Notes: generated by a model from the sequence alone, not told the origin. A stretch of DNA of 64,000 nucleotides from an uncultured bacterium (GCA_964354155.1 CAYGYG010000001.1:139121-203120); one strand, 5' to 3'. Positions 20,101-29,574 are shown, counted from the stretch's first letter. Program-made: numbers and translations.

Positions 20101-21095
20101 CGCTGTCGAATGATATCGGGGTTTACTACCGCGGCGTGGATGAGCGGGAGGTCGGCACAAGCCTGCCCCTGGAGAAGGGGGACAACTTTCGGTTGACCTC
20201 ACGCCACGATTTCATTCCTGGTATCTACGTTGCCAATAGCTATGAGCTGGACGATGGATTGGCGCTGGCCCAGGAGGACCGACTGCTCAGCCTGGATCAT
20301 TCGCTCCTCTCCATGGCCAAGATAGGACCCGGCGCCTGGTTTCCCGACCTCAGCTTCATCAATTTCGAGGTAAGCTACGGTCGCAGCATGACCGCATCGG
20401 TCAGCGGGCCGGGTCTTAGCCGGGTCTTTTTCAGTCTTATGATCCCGGAGCAAGGCGATATCCTGTACCAAGGTCTTTCCAACAGCTATACGTTTACGGC
20501 CGATCTTCGGCCGGCATCCAGCCTTATCATCAGTCCGGCATATTCTCTGGCCCGGGGCGAGACCGGCTACTGGGACGGCTTGACCAGATTTGTTGAGCAC
20601 AACCTTAGTCCTAAGCTGGAGACATACCTCGGACCCAACACGACCTTAACCGGCCAGTACTTTCTCAAGGATGAAGAGCGCGCCGGCATATCCTCGAGGG
20701 TATCGAATAACCCGGTGGCCGAGTGGCAGAATCGCTGGTCACGAACTATCAGAACCAAAACCAGGCTGTCGGTTCGGCGTGAAGTGTACAACGAGGGCAA
20801 CATCGAACAGACGGATGACGACGTGTCGCCGTCAGTACAATTCGGCTACTACGACGACCGGTTCTTCAAGGAATTCGAATTTCTGACCACGCTCGGGTTG
20901 AGTTACGGGCGGACCATGAATGGAGTCACGTCGGAAGAGATGCGCGTTGTGCCGGTGTTCGAATTGAACATGCGGCCGACGACTTTCTTTGTGGTGAATA
21001 CTTCCTTCCAACCCACCTACACCTATGACCTGGGTGATCCTGACTTGAGTGAGTTTGATCCTTACCTTAAGCTGAAGGGAACACTCCAGTTCTGA
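17181..21095 (+). CDS. Large outer-membrane protein: N-terminal beta-propeller, SprA-like middle, C-terminal beta-barrel
   Basis: NGLPQNLV/LWVGTDSGL propeller repeats; GIDYAVDYARGMIRF and SEEVILDGVSVRRGIDYIIDYSTGNVVF; terminal KLKGTLQF. Confidence 0.65.
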   Translation: MTLFLVLTLLAESGKALEGRPMALSAEGYIFMTTPSGVYRFDKNALEWSVLTVKNGLPQNLVTTLGVDEGLLWVGTDSGLAVADLKLLNFRVVDTSTIGGIGFDADYVYAGGPAGILRYDKYKDQLELFETGAAVRDLVLVEDRIFAATDSGLVVFNTRYEKTEATPYEISEPLKHIVTTNFSLFFLGNQNCYQYHKTTRGWRRFDGFKANDYAVRGDSVWVATDDEVMIYDDVLGGWSRYRQEEWLPAPRITALSVTAGYLVFGSEQGIIVVDNKNRTWKKYNLANGLVEESVLRIVEEGGEIYLLSPGWLQRFDRKGDWKRLKIEGLQVAKEGLFTVDEAGGHINLSNDVKATLQGRISGQYEMQDTMVLKSETIDSRFMLGRTGGRLLAAYYDDTEKQRKLYGAVYQDPKGIVARASAGKLRSEFYKSGLIPPGSYLGGSGRLETKVAALTMAGGAKRSAFTADYFTGNSTNRLLSIEDIAYLKNVFFAVDTIDPQIDFESESLFVDNRVALDNDENTRLGQRIAGLVGDFDPRHRGIDYAVDYARGMIRFLTPLADSAVVVIKFSGGQEAVLQGRGQDSLELKNHYQLGAIEILPRSLSIRIFDTTNVEYPLDRFGLDNNRDGAVDDEYVNYFNGILRFPARRPFPDTVYQSTPASCYRMMISYRSKMSTYQLSQAPVVTNSEEVILDGVSVRRGIDYIIDYSTGNVVFLEKGRVLTKSEIEVRYEYEYPEGGTSSDTAVLGGQLAVAPGGGFEFVPGFYRSGEQQVANVVSEWELKRPALGLRLVPEIGINADDSRAKGGRVSAFGSLRRLRLNSIVETYEPAFKAFGRRTSRYGELTSRYYLYSKYEFSDFVAVDGSYDRRQAEDTVAGSQFDRETGVGGVYFNLPSLPVLTLGGGQRTYSGDLPQPQEKRYSGHASIDYSVPPGVARRARLSNLKLGGSFSAEMITEPGEMDLWEENRILSASSTLPLSNDIGVYYRGVDEREVGTSLPLEKGDNFRLTSRHDFIPGIYVANSYELDDGLALAQEDRLLSLDHSLLSMAKIGPGAWFPDLSFINFEVSYGRSMTASVSGPGLSRVFFSLMIPEQGDILYQGLSNSYTFTADLRPASSLIISPAYSLARGETGYWDGLTRFVEHNLSPKLETYLGPNTTLTGQYFLKDEERAGISSRVSNNPVAEWQNRWSRTIRTKTRLSVRREVYNEGNIEQTDDDVSPSVQFGYYDDRFFKEFEFLTTLGLSYGRTMNGVTSEEMRVVPVFELNMRPTTFFVVNTSFQPTYTYDLGDPDLSEFDPYLKLKGTLQF

Positions 21096-21115
21096 ACCGC
21101 TGGAGTCAACGTCGT

Positions 21116-22033
21116 CTAGTTCTTGGCGATGTAGCCCAGGAAGAAACCGCTGGTTTGATTATCCTGGGGCAAGACACGCCCGCATTGGGTGACTCGTTCA
21201 TCGAGCCGATGCCCTTTCCATTCGGTCACGCCGGGGCGTATCTTCAAACCATTAACTTGAACCGGCATCACCTCGGCCTGGGGATGACGTCTCAGCAGGT
21301 AGTTGACCACGATTTCGTTCTCCTCGGGTGCGTAGGTACAGGTTGAGTAGACAAGCGTACCTCCCGGCTTCAAGGCGCGGAATCCGGCCAGCAGCAGCCC
21401 GATCTGGATGGTAGCCATGCGTTCGATGTTTTTTTCCCCCCAGTGATAGAGAACCGCACGCGACTTGTTGATTGTTGCTTCGGCCGAACAGGGCGCGTCG
21501 ATCAGCACTCGGTCAAAGTAATCGGGCAGCAGGTGACCGAAGCGGTTGCCGTTGAAATTCGTGATCACGGTATTGAGTACGCCCATCCTGTCCAAGTTGA
21601 AAGCCAGGGCCTTGATGCGATCCGGACGAACATCGTTGGCGACGATGAGACCGCTGTTCTCCATGACCTGGGCCAACTGAGTCGTCTTGGACCCGGGGGC
21701 CGCGCAGAGGTCAAGGACTTCGTCGCCGGGCTGGGGCGCGAGCAGCAGTGGTGGCAGCATTGAAGCAGCTTCCTGGATGTAGATGTGACCGAGAAAGTGG
21801 GCAAGATGATTACCAAGGGGCAGGCGGTCGTCATTGAGTACGTAGCCATCGGTGCAGAAGGGAAGCGGAGAGATCGGAAGATTACAGAGTAGGTCGAGTA
21901 TCTTGGCTCGCGCTGATTTCAGCGGGCTCAAGCGGAAGGTCGTCCGGAGCGGCCGGCTCAAAGCCTGGAGGAATTCGTCATAGTCAGGGATGATCGACTG
22001 GTACCGGCCGGCAATGTCTTCAATCGATTTCAT
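21116..22033 (-). CDS. RsmB/RsmF/NOP2 family RNA (cytosine-C5) methyltransferase
   Basis: YIQEAASM, VLDLCAAPGSKT, DRVLIDAPCS, LVYSTCT..PEENE. Confidence 0.92.
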   Translation of the reverse strand: MKSIEDIAGRYQSIIPDYDEFLQALSRPLRTTFRLSPLKSARAKILDLLCNLPISPLPFCTDGYVLNDDRLPLGNHLAHFLGHIYIQEAASMLPPLLLAPQPGDEVLDLCAAPGSKTTQLAQVMENSGLIVANDVRPDRIKALAFNLDRMGVLNTVITNFNGNRFGHLLPDYFDRVLIDAPCSAEATINKSRAVLYHWGEKNIERMATIQIGLLLAGFRALKPGGTLVYSTCTYAPEENEIVVNYLLRRHPQAEVMPVQVNGLKIRPGVTEWKGHRLDERVTQCGRVLPQDNQTSGFFLGYIAKN

Positions 22034-22159
22034 TGGAGGGCCCTCCATCGATTACAATGATGAACAGATAGATTACTGTGATGGAGGAGCTGATCCCTCG
22101 TTTTACTCGGGACGATGCGTGGCATCGGATTACGGAGATAGAACGATTCAGACAGATTC

Positions 22160-22269
22160 ACCCCGTTAGAATAATTGTATCGGAACGATTGCTCTGGCTC
22201 GTATGATGCGTCGACTATTACTGACGACACAACTACAAATCGGTAGAACCCAGGTATTTCTAACGGGGT
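22160..22269. mobile_element. About 110-bp miniature inverted-repeat element
   Basis: Perfect 12-bp terminal inverted repeat accccgttagaa...ttctaacggggt in an intergenic region. Confidence 0.6.
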
Positions 22270-22289
22270 AAAGCGGATGCACACTGATG

Positions 22290-22513
22290 CTCTGCAAGTA
22301 GCGAGTGGCAAGGAGCAAGTAGAGAGTTGGGAGATCACGTTTAGAACGTTGCAAACGTTAGTAACGTTAATGACGTTCAGATTACCCCGTATCTCCATGG
22401 CTCTTAGCCGGTACTCATTGCTCATTGCAGTATCCCCTCCGCGCCTCTGCTCCTCCGCACCCCTGCGGTTTTTGTCGTAGTCCATTACTCCATCATTCCA
22501 TGCTTCCATCATT
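22290..22513. repeat. Degenerate short-period (7-9 nt) tandem repeats
   Basis: acgtt recurs with 9-nt period at 22337-22378; tcca(t) units with 8-nt period at 22481-22513. Confidence 0.6.
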
Positions 22514-22515
22514 CG

Positions 22516-23436
22516 CTACCTCAGCAGTGCCTCAACACTTGGCAGGTCTCCCATTGAAGAGAAGCTGGCAGTCACTGCATCCGGCAGTATCCGCTTGACC
22601 AAGCCGGTGAGCACCTTGCCCGGTCCGACCTCGACAAAGGTCTCAACTCCCATGCTTTCTATCTTTCGGATCGAATCAGACCAGCGAACCGGAGACAGGA
22701 TCTGGATGGCAAGATTCCCTTTGATCGTTTTGGCGTCGGTCGTCGGTTCGGCGGTGGCATTCATCACCACCGGAAAGCGAGCATCGGCGATAGGCACCCG
22801 CGCGAGGTACTTTTCGAATTCGACCGCCGCGGTGCGCATTAGGGGAGAATGAAAGGCACCGCCCACGACCAACGGAATTACCCTCTTGGCTCCGGCGGTT
22901 TTTGCCTCGTCGCAGACCGCCTTGAGCACTTCTTCTTCACCGGCAATGACCAGCTGGTCCGGTGCATTGTAGTTGGCGATAACGACTCGGCTATCGGTCT
23001 TCTCGCACAATCCTTTCAGTCTGTCCTCGGCTAAGCCGATGATTGCCGCCATGGCCCCGGGATTCTTGATACTCATGAGCGCACCCCGCTGCTTGACGGT
23101 GCTGAGAACGCCGCTTAAGTCAAAAGCTCCGGCTGCATAAAGTGCGTTGTACTCGCCAAGCGAATGGCCGGCAGTCACCGATGGGCAGAACCCACGTTCT
23201 TTTAGAAGTTCCAGCGCAGCAATCGATGTTACGCTTATCGTAGGCTGGGTATTCTTGGTCTGTCTCAACTCATCTTCAGGGCCTTCGAAGCAGAGCTTCC
23301 TGACATCCATCTTGAGTATATCCTGGGCAGTATCAAAGACCTTTCGGGCGGTGTCGCTATTCTCGTAAAGATTCTTCCCCATGCCAACGGCCTGAGACCC
23401 CTGGCCCGGGAAGATGAATGCATATTGCTTGGCCAT
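22516..23436 (-). CDS. fabD: Malonyl-CoA:ACP transacylase
   Basis: FIFPGQGSQ, AGHSLGEY, GAFHSPLM, SPVRW, EVGPGKVL. Confidence 0.97.
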   Translation of the reverse strand: MAKQYAFIFPGQGSQAVGMGKNLYENSDTARKVFDTAQDILKMDVRKLCFEGPEDELRQTKNTQPTISVTSIAALELLKERGFCPSVTAGHSLGEYNALYAAGAFDLSGVLSTVKQRGALMSIKNPGAMAAIIGLAEDRLKGLCEKTDSRVVIANYNAPDQLVIAGEEEVLKAVCDEAKTAGAKRVIPLVVGGAFHSPLMRTAAVEFEKYLARVPIADARFPVVMNATAEPTTDAKTIKGNLAIQILSPVRWSDSIRKIESMGVETFVEVGPGKVLTGLVKRILPDAVTASFSSMGDLPSVEALLR

Positions 23437-23480
23437 ACACTCCTTTCAGTCTGCCGCGGAAACGGCAGACTTCGCAGGGA

Positions 23481-24302
23481 CTAATCCAACTTGAACTTGT
23501 ACTGGATCTTCGGCAAAAGCAGCCGGTCCATTGGCTCAAAGAATATATCGATTAGGCTCTTTTTCTTCTTGGGATAGATAAGTCTTGGTTCGCCGGCCAT
23601 GCCGACCAGGTTCTTCGTAATCGTCACCGCGTCTTCAAGCGAACCCAGCGTGTCAACAAGCCCCAGCTCCTTGGCCTGACGCCCCGTGAAAATCCGACCG
23701 TCGGCCATCGCGATGACGCTGTCCACGGGAAGCTCGCGTTCCGTGCTGACCGTGGCCACAAACTGGTCATAGACGTCAGTGATGACGCCCTGGAGCAGTA
23801 CCTTCTCTTTTTCGGTCATCGTTCGAAACGGCGAGCCAATATCCTTGTGCTCTTTTGACTTGATAGTCTGGACTCCGACCCCGATCTTGCTCATCAACTG
23901 TTCGACGTTGACGAACTCCATCAGCACCCCGATTGACCCGGTCAATGTCCCGGGATTGGCAACAATGATGTCAGCCGGGGCCGACACATAGTAGCCGCCT
24001 GAGGCGGCAAGCGTACCCATGGACACGACCACTTTCTTGGCCGCCTGTGCCTTCTTGACGGCTTCGTAGATTTCTTGAGAGGCCGCGACTCCGCCGCCCG
24101 GACTATCAACGCGGAGGATAATCGCCCGGATCGATTTGTTCTGGGTGAATGACTTGAGTTGCGAAACCGTCTCTTTAGCCTCGATGATGGTGCCGAGCAC
24201 CTCGACGACACCGATCCGGTTCGACTCAAACGTGGCCTGGATAGACAAAACCGCGACGGCAACGACTGCCATCAAGGGTATAATGAACAATAGCTTTTTC
24301 AT
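23481..24302 (-). CDS. sppA: Signal peptide peptidase SppA (S49, short form)
   Basis: RVDSPGGG, AASGGYY, TGSIGV, ADGRIFTGRQA. Promoter TTGATT-N16-TATAAT at 24320-24347. Confidence 0.95.
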   Translation of the reverse strand: MKKLLFIIPLMAVVAVAVLSIQATFESNRIGVVEVLGTIIEAKETVSQLKSFTQNKSIRAIILRVDSPGGGVAASQEIYEAVKKAQAAKKVVVSMGTLAASGGYYVSAPADIIVANPGTLTGSIGVLMEFVNVEQLMSKIGVGVQTIKSKEHKDIGSPFRTMTEKEKVLLQGVITDVYDQFVATVSTERELPVDSVIAMADGRIFTGRQAKELGLVDTLGSLEDAVTITKNLVGMAGEPRLIYPKKKKSLIDIFFEPMDRLLLPKIQYKFKLD

Positions 24303-24379
24303 GTTGGGTCTCCTGCCGAATTATACCGCGTTCAGGCGAAAAATCAAGGGCGGGTCGGGACCCATCCGAGAAAGGGAGA

Positions 24380-24570
24380 TCTAAGTCCTAAATCCGAAGC
24401 TCTAAACACTAAACAAATCCCAAATCACAAACTCCAATGTTCGAAATGAAACGGGGTTTAGAATTTCGGTATTGGGATTTCCCGTCAGCCCTCGTAGGGT
24501 CGGGTTTTAAACCTGACCAGATCTCGCCAGGTTTGGACAACAAAAGGGGCGATTGTCGAATCGCCCCTGC
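24380..24570. repeat. Heptamer-like degenerate repeats followed by GTAG-type REP-like palindromes
   Basis: ctaaatc/cgaagct/ctaaaca/ccaaatc units; gtagggtcgggttttaaacctgacc and aggggcgattgtcgaatcgcccct. Confidence 0.5.
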
Positions 24571-24600
24571 CGGGAAACGGAGAACGCTCGGTATCGAGCG

Positions 24601-25971
24601 TCAGTTTGCCACGACCATGGTTTTGGAAACCGAGCGACGTCCCGCCTTGATTGTATAGACGTACACACCAGCCGCGGTCTTGCGGCCCACGCGGTCGCGA
24701 CCATTCCACATCACCTCGAAGATACCCGGGTTGTGCATCTTGTCCGCCAGCGTCCTGACCGCGCGACCCGCCTTATCGGTGATCTTGACGGTGACTCTTG
24801 TTGGTTCTTTCACGGCATACCGTATGATGGTCGTCCCGCTGAACGGGTTGGGCTGATTCTGGTACAGCACAATACCGTCAACGCGTTCCGCACGCTCTTC
24901 TTCAACTCCGGATGGATTCTGAATCCTGATCAGGTTGATGTCCATGGTGCCGAGATTATAAGGGGCCTGCGCCGCGGTCCTGATGTGTGCCGCGTCTTTG
25001 GCGGGCAAACCGCGCCGGGCACGTTCCGCATCGATTATTTGCTCGCCCTGGTAGTCGATGGCAACCGGGTCTCGTGACATAAGAAGACTATCCGGCGTAT
25101 TCTTGGGTGCGAAAGTCAACCATGACTGGGGACTGCCGCCCGGTCCGCCGTTATAGATACCGAAGAGACCGTCGACGATGAAGATCTTTTCCTGTTTATT
25201 CAGGACATCCCTTATCTGCTGGTTGAGCGACGGGATTTCCGGGCTGTTATTGCCGTCGCCGGCGCCGCACGGGACCGGGTTGCACGAGCCGTAGTGGTTT
25301 TTCAGGCAGAAAGTCATGGCTGGTGCCCCGTGGTCTTTGAGGCAGGCGACGTTGATCATGTAGTTCGAGAGCGCCGACATGATCCGGCTCGGCTGGACGC
25401 TGATCGTGCCGCTGTCCCGCTGGATGGTCAAGGGTCGGGTTGCGTCATACCCGATACCGGTCTGGTTTGTGCCGAATACCCGGTGCTGGGTGGGCGTGCC
25501 GCCGGTGTAGATTGTGTAGCCGGCTCCGGTCAGTTCACCATTGGTCCGGTCCCATATGATAGCGTTGTTCCGGATGAAGTTCTGGCCGCCGATGTTCATC
25601 TGAGCCAGCCCATTGATCACGGTCTCGACCAGGAGCCGATGCGACGAGAGCGCACTATTTATGCAGTTGACTTTGATGCAGATCACGCTGGCGGTAGTAA
25701 TACCCGGAAAGAGGGAGCGCCAGGCGTCACCGAGGTTGGATATACCGGTCAGGCGGCGCATCGATGTATCCATCATTATCTGCACGATGGACTGGTTGAT
25801 CGTCGTTCCGGTAGTGGCCGCAACATCATTGCACCAGATGACATCGCTGGCCGGCAGAAGCTTACCCGGCTTCTGCTTACTATCGGCAAAAAGCCCGGGC
25901 ACAACTGCCGCACCCGCGGCGCCGGCCGCAAGCTTCTTCAAGAAATCACGACGAGAAATCGGCTTGCTCAT
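24601..25971 (-). CDS. DUF362 family protein with Tat signal and C-terminal T9SS/FlgD-type domain
   Basis: ISRRDFLKK; ICIKVNC, LKDH...TFCLKNHYG, SRDPVAID; tail LYQNQPNPF...WNGRDRVG...AAGVYVY...KTMVVAN. AGGAGG RBS before ATG 25971. Confidence 0.85.
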   Translation of the reverse strand: MSKPISRRDFLKKLAAGAAGAAVVPGLFADSKQKPGKLLPASDVIWCNDVAATTGTTINQSIVQIMMDTSMRRLTGISNLGDAWRSLFPGITTASVICIKVNCINSALSSHRLLVETVINGLAQMNIGGQNFIRNNAIIWDRTNGELTGAGYTIYTGGTPTQHRVFGTNQTGIGYDATRPLTIQRDSGTISVQPSRIMSALSNYMINVACLKDHGAPAMTFCLKNHYGSCNPVPCGAGDGNNSPEIPSLNQQIRDVLNKQEKIFIVDGLFGIYNGGPGGSPQSWLTFAPKNTPDSLLMSRDPVAIDYQGEQIIDAERARRGLPAKDAAHIRTAAQAPYNLGTMDINLIRIQNPSGVEEERAERVDGIVLYQNQPNPFSGTTIIRYAVKEPTRVTVKITDKAGRAVRTLADKMHNPGIFEVMWNGRDRVGRKTAAGVYVYTIKAGRRSVSKTMVVAN

Positions 25972-26016
25972 AAACCTCCTTATGTTCAAATTTCTAATAG
26001 TTCAGTAACTCGATAG

Positions 26017-29000
26017 CTACTTCAAATAGATGATCTTCGCGACTGACGAGCCGCTCGGTTTCTCTATTTTGACAAAATAGACGCCATTGGGTAAATCCAA
26101 AGGTTGCCACCGGACGCGTCCTTTGCCCTGGGTTTCCGCGCTGAATAGATTATCGACCAGCCGGCCCGAGGCGTCAAAGATGTCGATGGTCAGCCTTTCG
26201 CGAGTCGGCAGGCTGTAGGTTATGTTGACCGCCTTATAGAACGGACTCGGTGTGATGTTGACGGTGGGCACGTTAGTTATCCGGACGTAAGTCTCCTCTT
26301 CGATGCCGATATTCCGATCCCACCAGGATTGGGCACTATCCGAATTGATCAGCGCCAGGGTCGTATCATTGCCGCCGACCACGGCGTAGGCAACGCGGAC
26401 CTTGCCGCCGACCGGCAGGTTAAACGGCCCGGCCGACGCGCAGATCGACCAATTGAACGCGCGGTCGCTGAAGCGCATTCTGATCAACCCGGAAAGGAAG
26501 CTGTCTTTCGCCGCTTCGGTCATCATCGTGGCGGGCAGCACGTAACGCGCGTGGTCAATCGCCGACAGATTCCGTGCGGCTCGGGGTTGGAGCACCCGAA
26601 TGCCGCAGACCGGGTACATCGTGGTTGACCGCCTCATGTAGATGAACCTTCGTACGCTGTCCGACCTCACGATATTGCTGGTCACGTTATTGTAGACGTC
26701 GAAGTCAAACATCATGCCGGAGGAGAGGTTATTGATCGGATTCGTGCCGCGGTTGTAGTAGTCGAAGCAGACGATGACCCAGTCGTCATAACCCGGCTGG
26801 GACAGCGACAGACTCCACTGCTTGACTTCCAGGCCTTTGGGCGAAGCATGGTTGGCATCGTTGTACACCGCTTCATACTCTTCTTGCGCGGCCCGGGGCG
26901 GCAACACAGGCCGGAGCGAATCAACCACGCGGAAATCCTGGTTGATGGTGGTGTAGGGACGGCCGTAGAACCGGTCGACGACGTAATTGGCGTCAGTTCC
27001 GGCGAGCATGCTGGCGTACTGCAGGTTGCCATAAGATGATAGCTTCGAATACTTGAAACCAGAACCCTCACCATAAGGATAGGTTACGCCGAAACTGCCA
27101 TTGGTCGTTACCGTGAAGGCCGGGAGACAGGTGTCATGGTCAGCCCAGGCGAGTCGGGCGTCAGGCGGTACTCCGACGGTGAGTCTCAGGAAAGGTTCCC
27201 AGCCGCCCTCAGAAGCGGTCGCATTGACGAGGAACTCAATCCCGGTTCCCTGTGGGGTGGACGGAGACACGGTGAACCGATAGGTGTCACCGCGGCTCGT
27301 ATCGCCGGCCGCGACATTGCCGTAAACGGAAGTCGAGTCGACGAAGCTGATGAAGCCGGAGCTGTTGCGCAGGCGGCCCTGGAGGTTCGTCGCGCCCGCG
27401 TTACCAGCATTCTTAAGCGTCATGTAGAAGTTGACAGTTTCGCCCGGATCAAGACGCCCGTTGTTGTTGCCGCCGGAATCGTCGATGCGGTGTGACTGGT
27501 AGACGATACAGGGTCTCGGTGATCCCGAGCTCACGGTGCAGGTTCCCTCGTAGGGAATCAGGTCCTTGTACGTAACCGTGATGCTCAAGGCTCCGGTTGT
27601 AGTCGGGCTGACAAAAAGATCTATCCAGCCCTGACTGTTGGTCCGTCCAACCGCGTATACCTCAGTACCCTTCAGAGCACAGACTAGGGCATTGACGACC
27701 GGCGTGCCGGAAAGAGTTGTTGTCACCCGGAGCATCTGAGGCGATGCGGGTATCGTGGCAACGTGGGTGACCGTTGGACGCCGTGGCGCGACACTGTACA
27801 TGGGCAAATTGGGATCGCCAAACAGCGTGTTTTCGTAGACGCACCATCGGGTGGCCGCCTGGGACATTGCCATGTTCCGGCAATTGTCCTTTGCCATATC
27901 GTGGGCGATGCCGACTTCAAAGGCCGATTTAAGCCAGAAGCATTTGTAGAATTCAAGATCGAGGATCTCCGAAGGTCCCAGCCCCGGTGGATAGCCAAGT
28001 CCGTAGCGGGAGTTGAGCATGTTCGCGACGCAGCCGCCGGTCGGACAGTTGACGAGACTCTCCGCGATGCAATCCTTGGCATCGAAACTGCCGACGTCAC
28101 AGTTGATGGCATTCATGATGTCCAATCGTATCCCGTTGGTCAGCGTGGGTATATGGCTCATGCTGAGCACGCTCAGCGACGTGTAGCTGCCGTGCGCCGC
28201 GATGTGGCAGAACTGATACCCGCGGTTTATCGAGTCCCGGGTCGCAGTCGAGGCCGGGTCTTTCAGTTTGGCTTTTTTCCAGGTCGGCGGAAAGTAACTA
28301 GCGATTATGTTGTTCGGAAATTCGCCGTGATAAGGCGAGAACAGCATCTGAGAGGGGAGGAGCAGTGACTTCACGTACGCCGTATCCGGATATTTCTCGA
28401 AGGTCGTATCTTTCCTGATGAATGTCGGCAGGTTTGTCGCGTTGTCGATCGGGGCGCGCCCGATGTAGACGTCGTGGAGTAGATCCACGGTGTCACCCAT
28501 CTCACCGAAAAGGCTGTTCCGGTTGCCGTCCCACGACCATTGCAGGTCGGCGTAGTACATGTCGGTAGGGATACTCCCGGTTATCGTGCTTTCTTCGATC
28601 ACCAGCCTTGTCTTGCGGTCCGGCACAATCATGTCATCACCACCGAGCAGAACGTACTTTAGTCCCTTGGTGCGCCAGTAGTCGGCGATGAAGTTTCTGA
28701 TCTTCTCCTGGTTGTCGCGGCCAGCATAGCGCGCATAGATCGAATCAGTCCCCATAACAACGGTGTTGATGCCTTTTTTGACCTTCCAGTTCTTGAAGGC
28801 GTCCCAGCTCGGAACGAGGGTCCGGCTCGTAATGATGACGTAATCGATCTCCCCGGCATCCAATTCCTTGACCTGAGGCGCCCAGGATGCTACGGCCTCA
28901 GGATTGGCTACCAATCCCTTGACCTCGCGGCCGAACAGCTCCTGCTGACTGGTCGTGAGGGCGACCGGTTCATGCCGGCCGGTCTCGTAGTGAACGTTTA

Positions 29001-29499
29001 ACGTAATACGATTGTAGAGAAGGAGATGTTTCTCGGATGGCAAATACTGAACCGGATAGAGCAAGACTCCGGCAATCCGGTAGCCGGAAAGGCTTCCCGA
29101 GGGGATCAGTTTGACGATTTCGGCCGGATAAGGGTTTGATGAACCATAGACCTTCTGATCCGGTTCGACAAAAGGATAGACATTCTTCGACGAGAACGGT
29201 CTTATCGTCTGAACTGGATGGGGTAGATACTCACCAGGCAGAACCTGACTCTGACTCGAAACGACCTCCACTTTAGTCACTTCAGCGGTGGGGGGAATCA
29301 AGAAGCACAGACTGACCACGGGCAATAGCGGCTTGCCCTTTTCCCAGGTCGCGCCGTTTCTTTCCAATGTAACAAAGTCGTAGCCGTCGACCTTGGTAAT
29401 TGTCAGGTCGCTTGCGGAAAACGAAATACTCTTGGTTACTATGCCGCCCAAGAGCAGGGCGGGCAGGATTACCGCCAGAACGAGCGCACGGTGCAGCAT
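26017..29499 (-). CDS. C25 (gingipain-like) cysteine peptidase with propeptide and sorting C-terminal domain
   Basis: GKPLLPV propeptide, DYVIIT, YVLLGGD, PTDMYYADL, IGRAP, AHGS...NCDVG catalytic region, LFGDP, GNNNGRLDPGE, LPNGVYFV tail. Confidence 0.9.
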   Translation of the reverse strand: MLHRALVLAVILPALLLGGIVTKSISFSASDLTITKVDGYDFVTLERNGATWEKGKPLLPVVSLCFLIPPTAEVTKVEVVSSQSQVLPGEYLPHPVQTIRPFSSKNVYPFVEPDQKVYGSSNPYPAEIVKLIPSGSLSGYRIAGVLLYPVQYLPSEKHLLLYNRITLNVHYETGRHEPVALTTSQQELFGREVKGLVANPEAVASWAPQVKELDAGEIDYVIITSRTLVPSWDAFKNWKVKKGINTVVMGTDSIYARYAGRDNQEKIRNFIADYWRTKGLKYVLLGGDDMIVPDRKTRLVIEESTITGSIPTDMYYADLQWSWDGNRNSLFGEMGDTVDLLHDVYIGRAPIDNATNLPTFIRKDTTFEKYPDTAYVKSLLLPSQMLFSPYHGEFPNNIIASYFPPTWKKAKLKDPASTATRDSINRGYQFCHIAAHGSYTSLSVLSMSHIPTLTNGIRLDIMNAINCDVGSFDAKDCIAESLVNCPTGGCVANMLNSRYGLGYPPGLGPSEILDLEFYKCFWLKSAFEVGIAHDMAKDNCRNMAMSQAATRWCVYENTLFGDPNLPMYSVAPRRPTVTHVATIPASPQMLRVTTTLSGTPVVNALVCALKGTEVYAVGRTNSQGWIDLFVSPTTTGALSITVTYKDLIPYEGTCTVSSGSPRPCIVYQSHRIDDSGGNNNGRLDPGETVNFYMTLKNAGNAGATNLQGRLRNSSGFISFVDSTSVYGNVAAGDTSRGDTYRFTVSPSTPQGTGIEFLVNATASEGGWEPFLRLTVGVPPDARLAWADHDTCLPAFTVTTNGSFGVTYPYGEGSGFKYSKLSSYGNLQYASMLAGTDANYVVDRFYGRPYTTINQDFRVVDSLRPVLPPRAAQEEYEAVYNDANHASPKGLEVKQWSLSLSQPGYDDWVIVCFDYYNRGTNPINNLSSGMMFDFDVYNNVTSNIVRSDSVRRFIYMRRSTTMYPVCGIRVLQPRAARNLSAIDHARYVLPATMMTEAAKDSFLSGLIRMRFSDRAFNWSICASAGPFNLPVGGKVRVAYAVVGGNDTTLALINSDSAQSWWDRNIGIEEETYVRITNVPTVNITPSPFYKAVNITYSLPTRERLTIDIFDASGRLVDNLFSAETQGKGRVRWQPLDLPNGVYFVKIEKPSGSSVAKIIYLK

Positions 29500-29574
29500 T
29501 TTGCCTCCTTATGAAGAGCGATTTAAAAAAGCTTATTCACATCGGGCGCTTTGTCAAGGAGATTATCAGCTAAG

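Noticed and set aside
22030-22512. 160-aa minus-strand ORF between fabD and the methyltransferase
   Set aside because: It is a translation of short repeats and a MITE (NVINVTNVCNV, FTPLEI...SNGVN) with no domain signal.
23448-23471. Hairpin agtctgccg...cggcagact as a terminator between sppA and fabD
   Set aside because: There is no U-tract on the coding strand; it is more likely a small REP-like or mRNA-stabilising stem.
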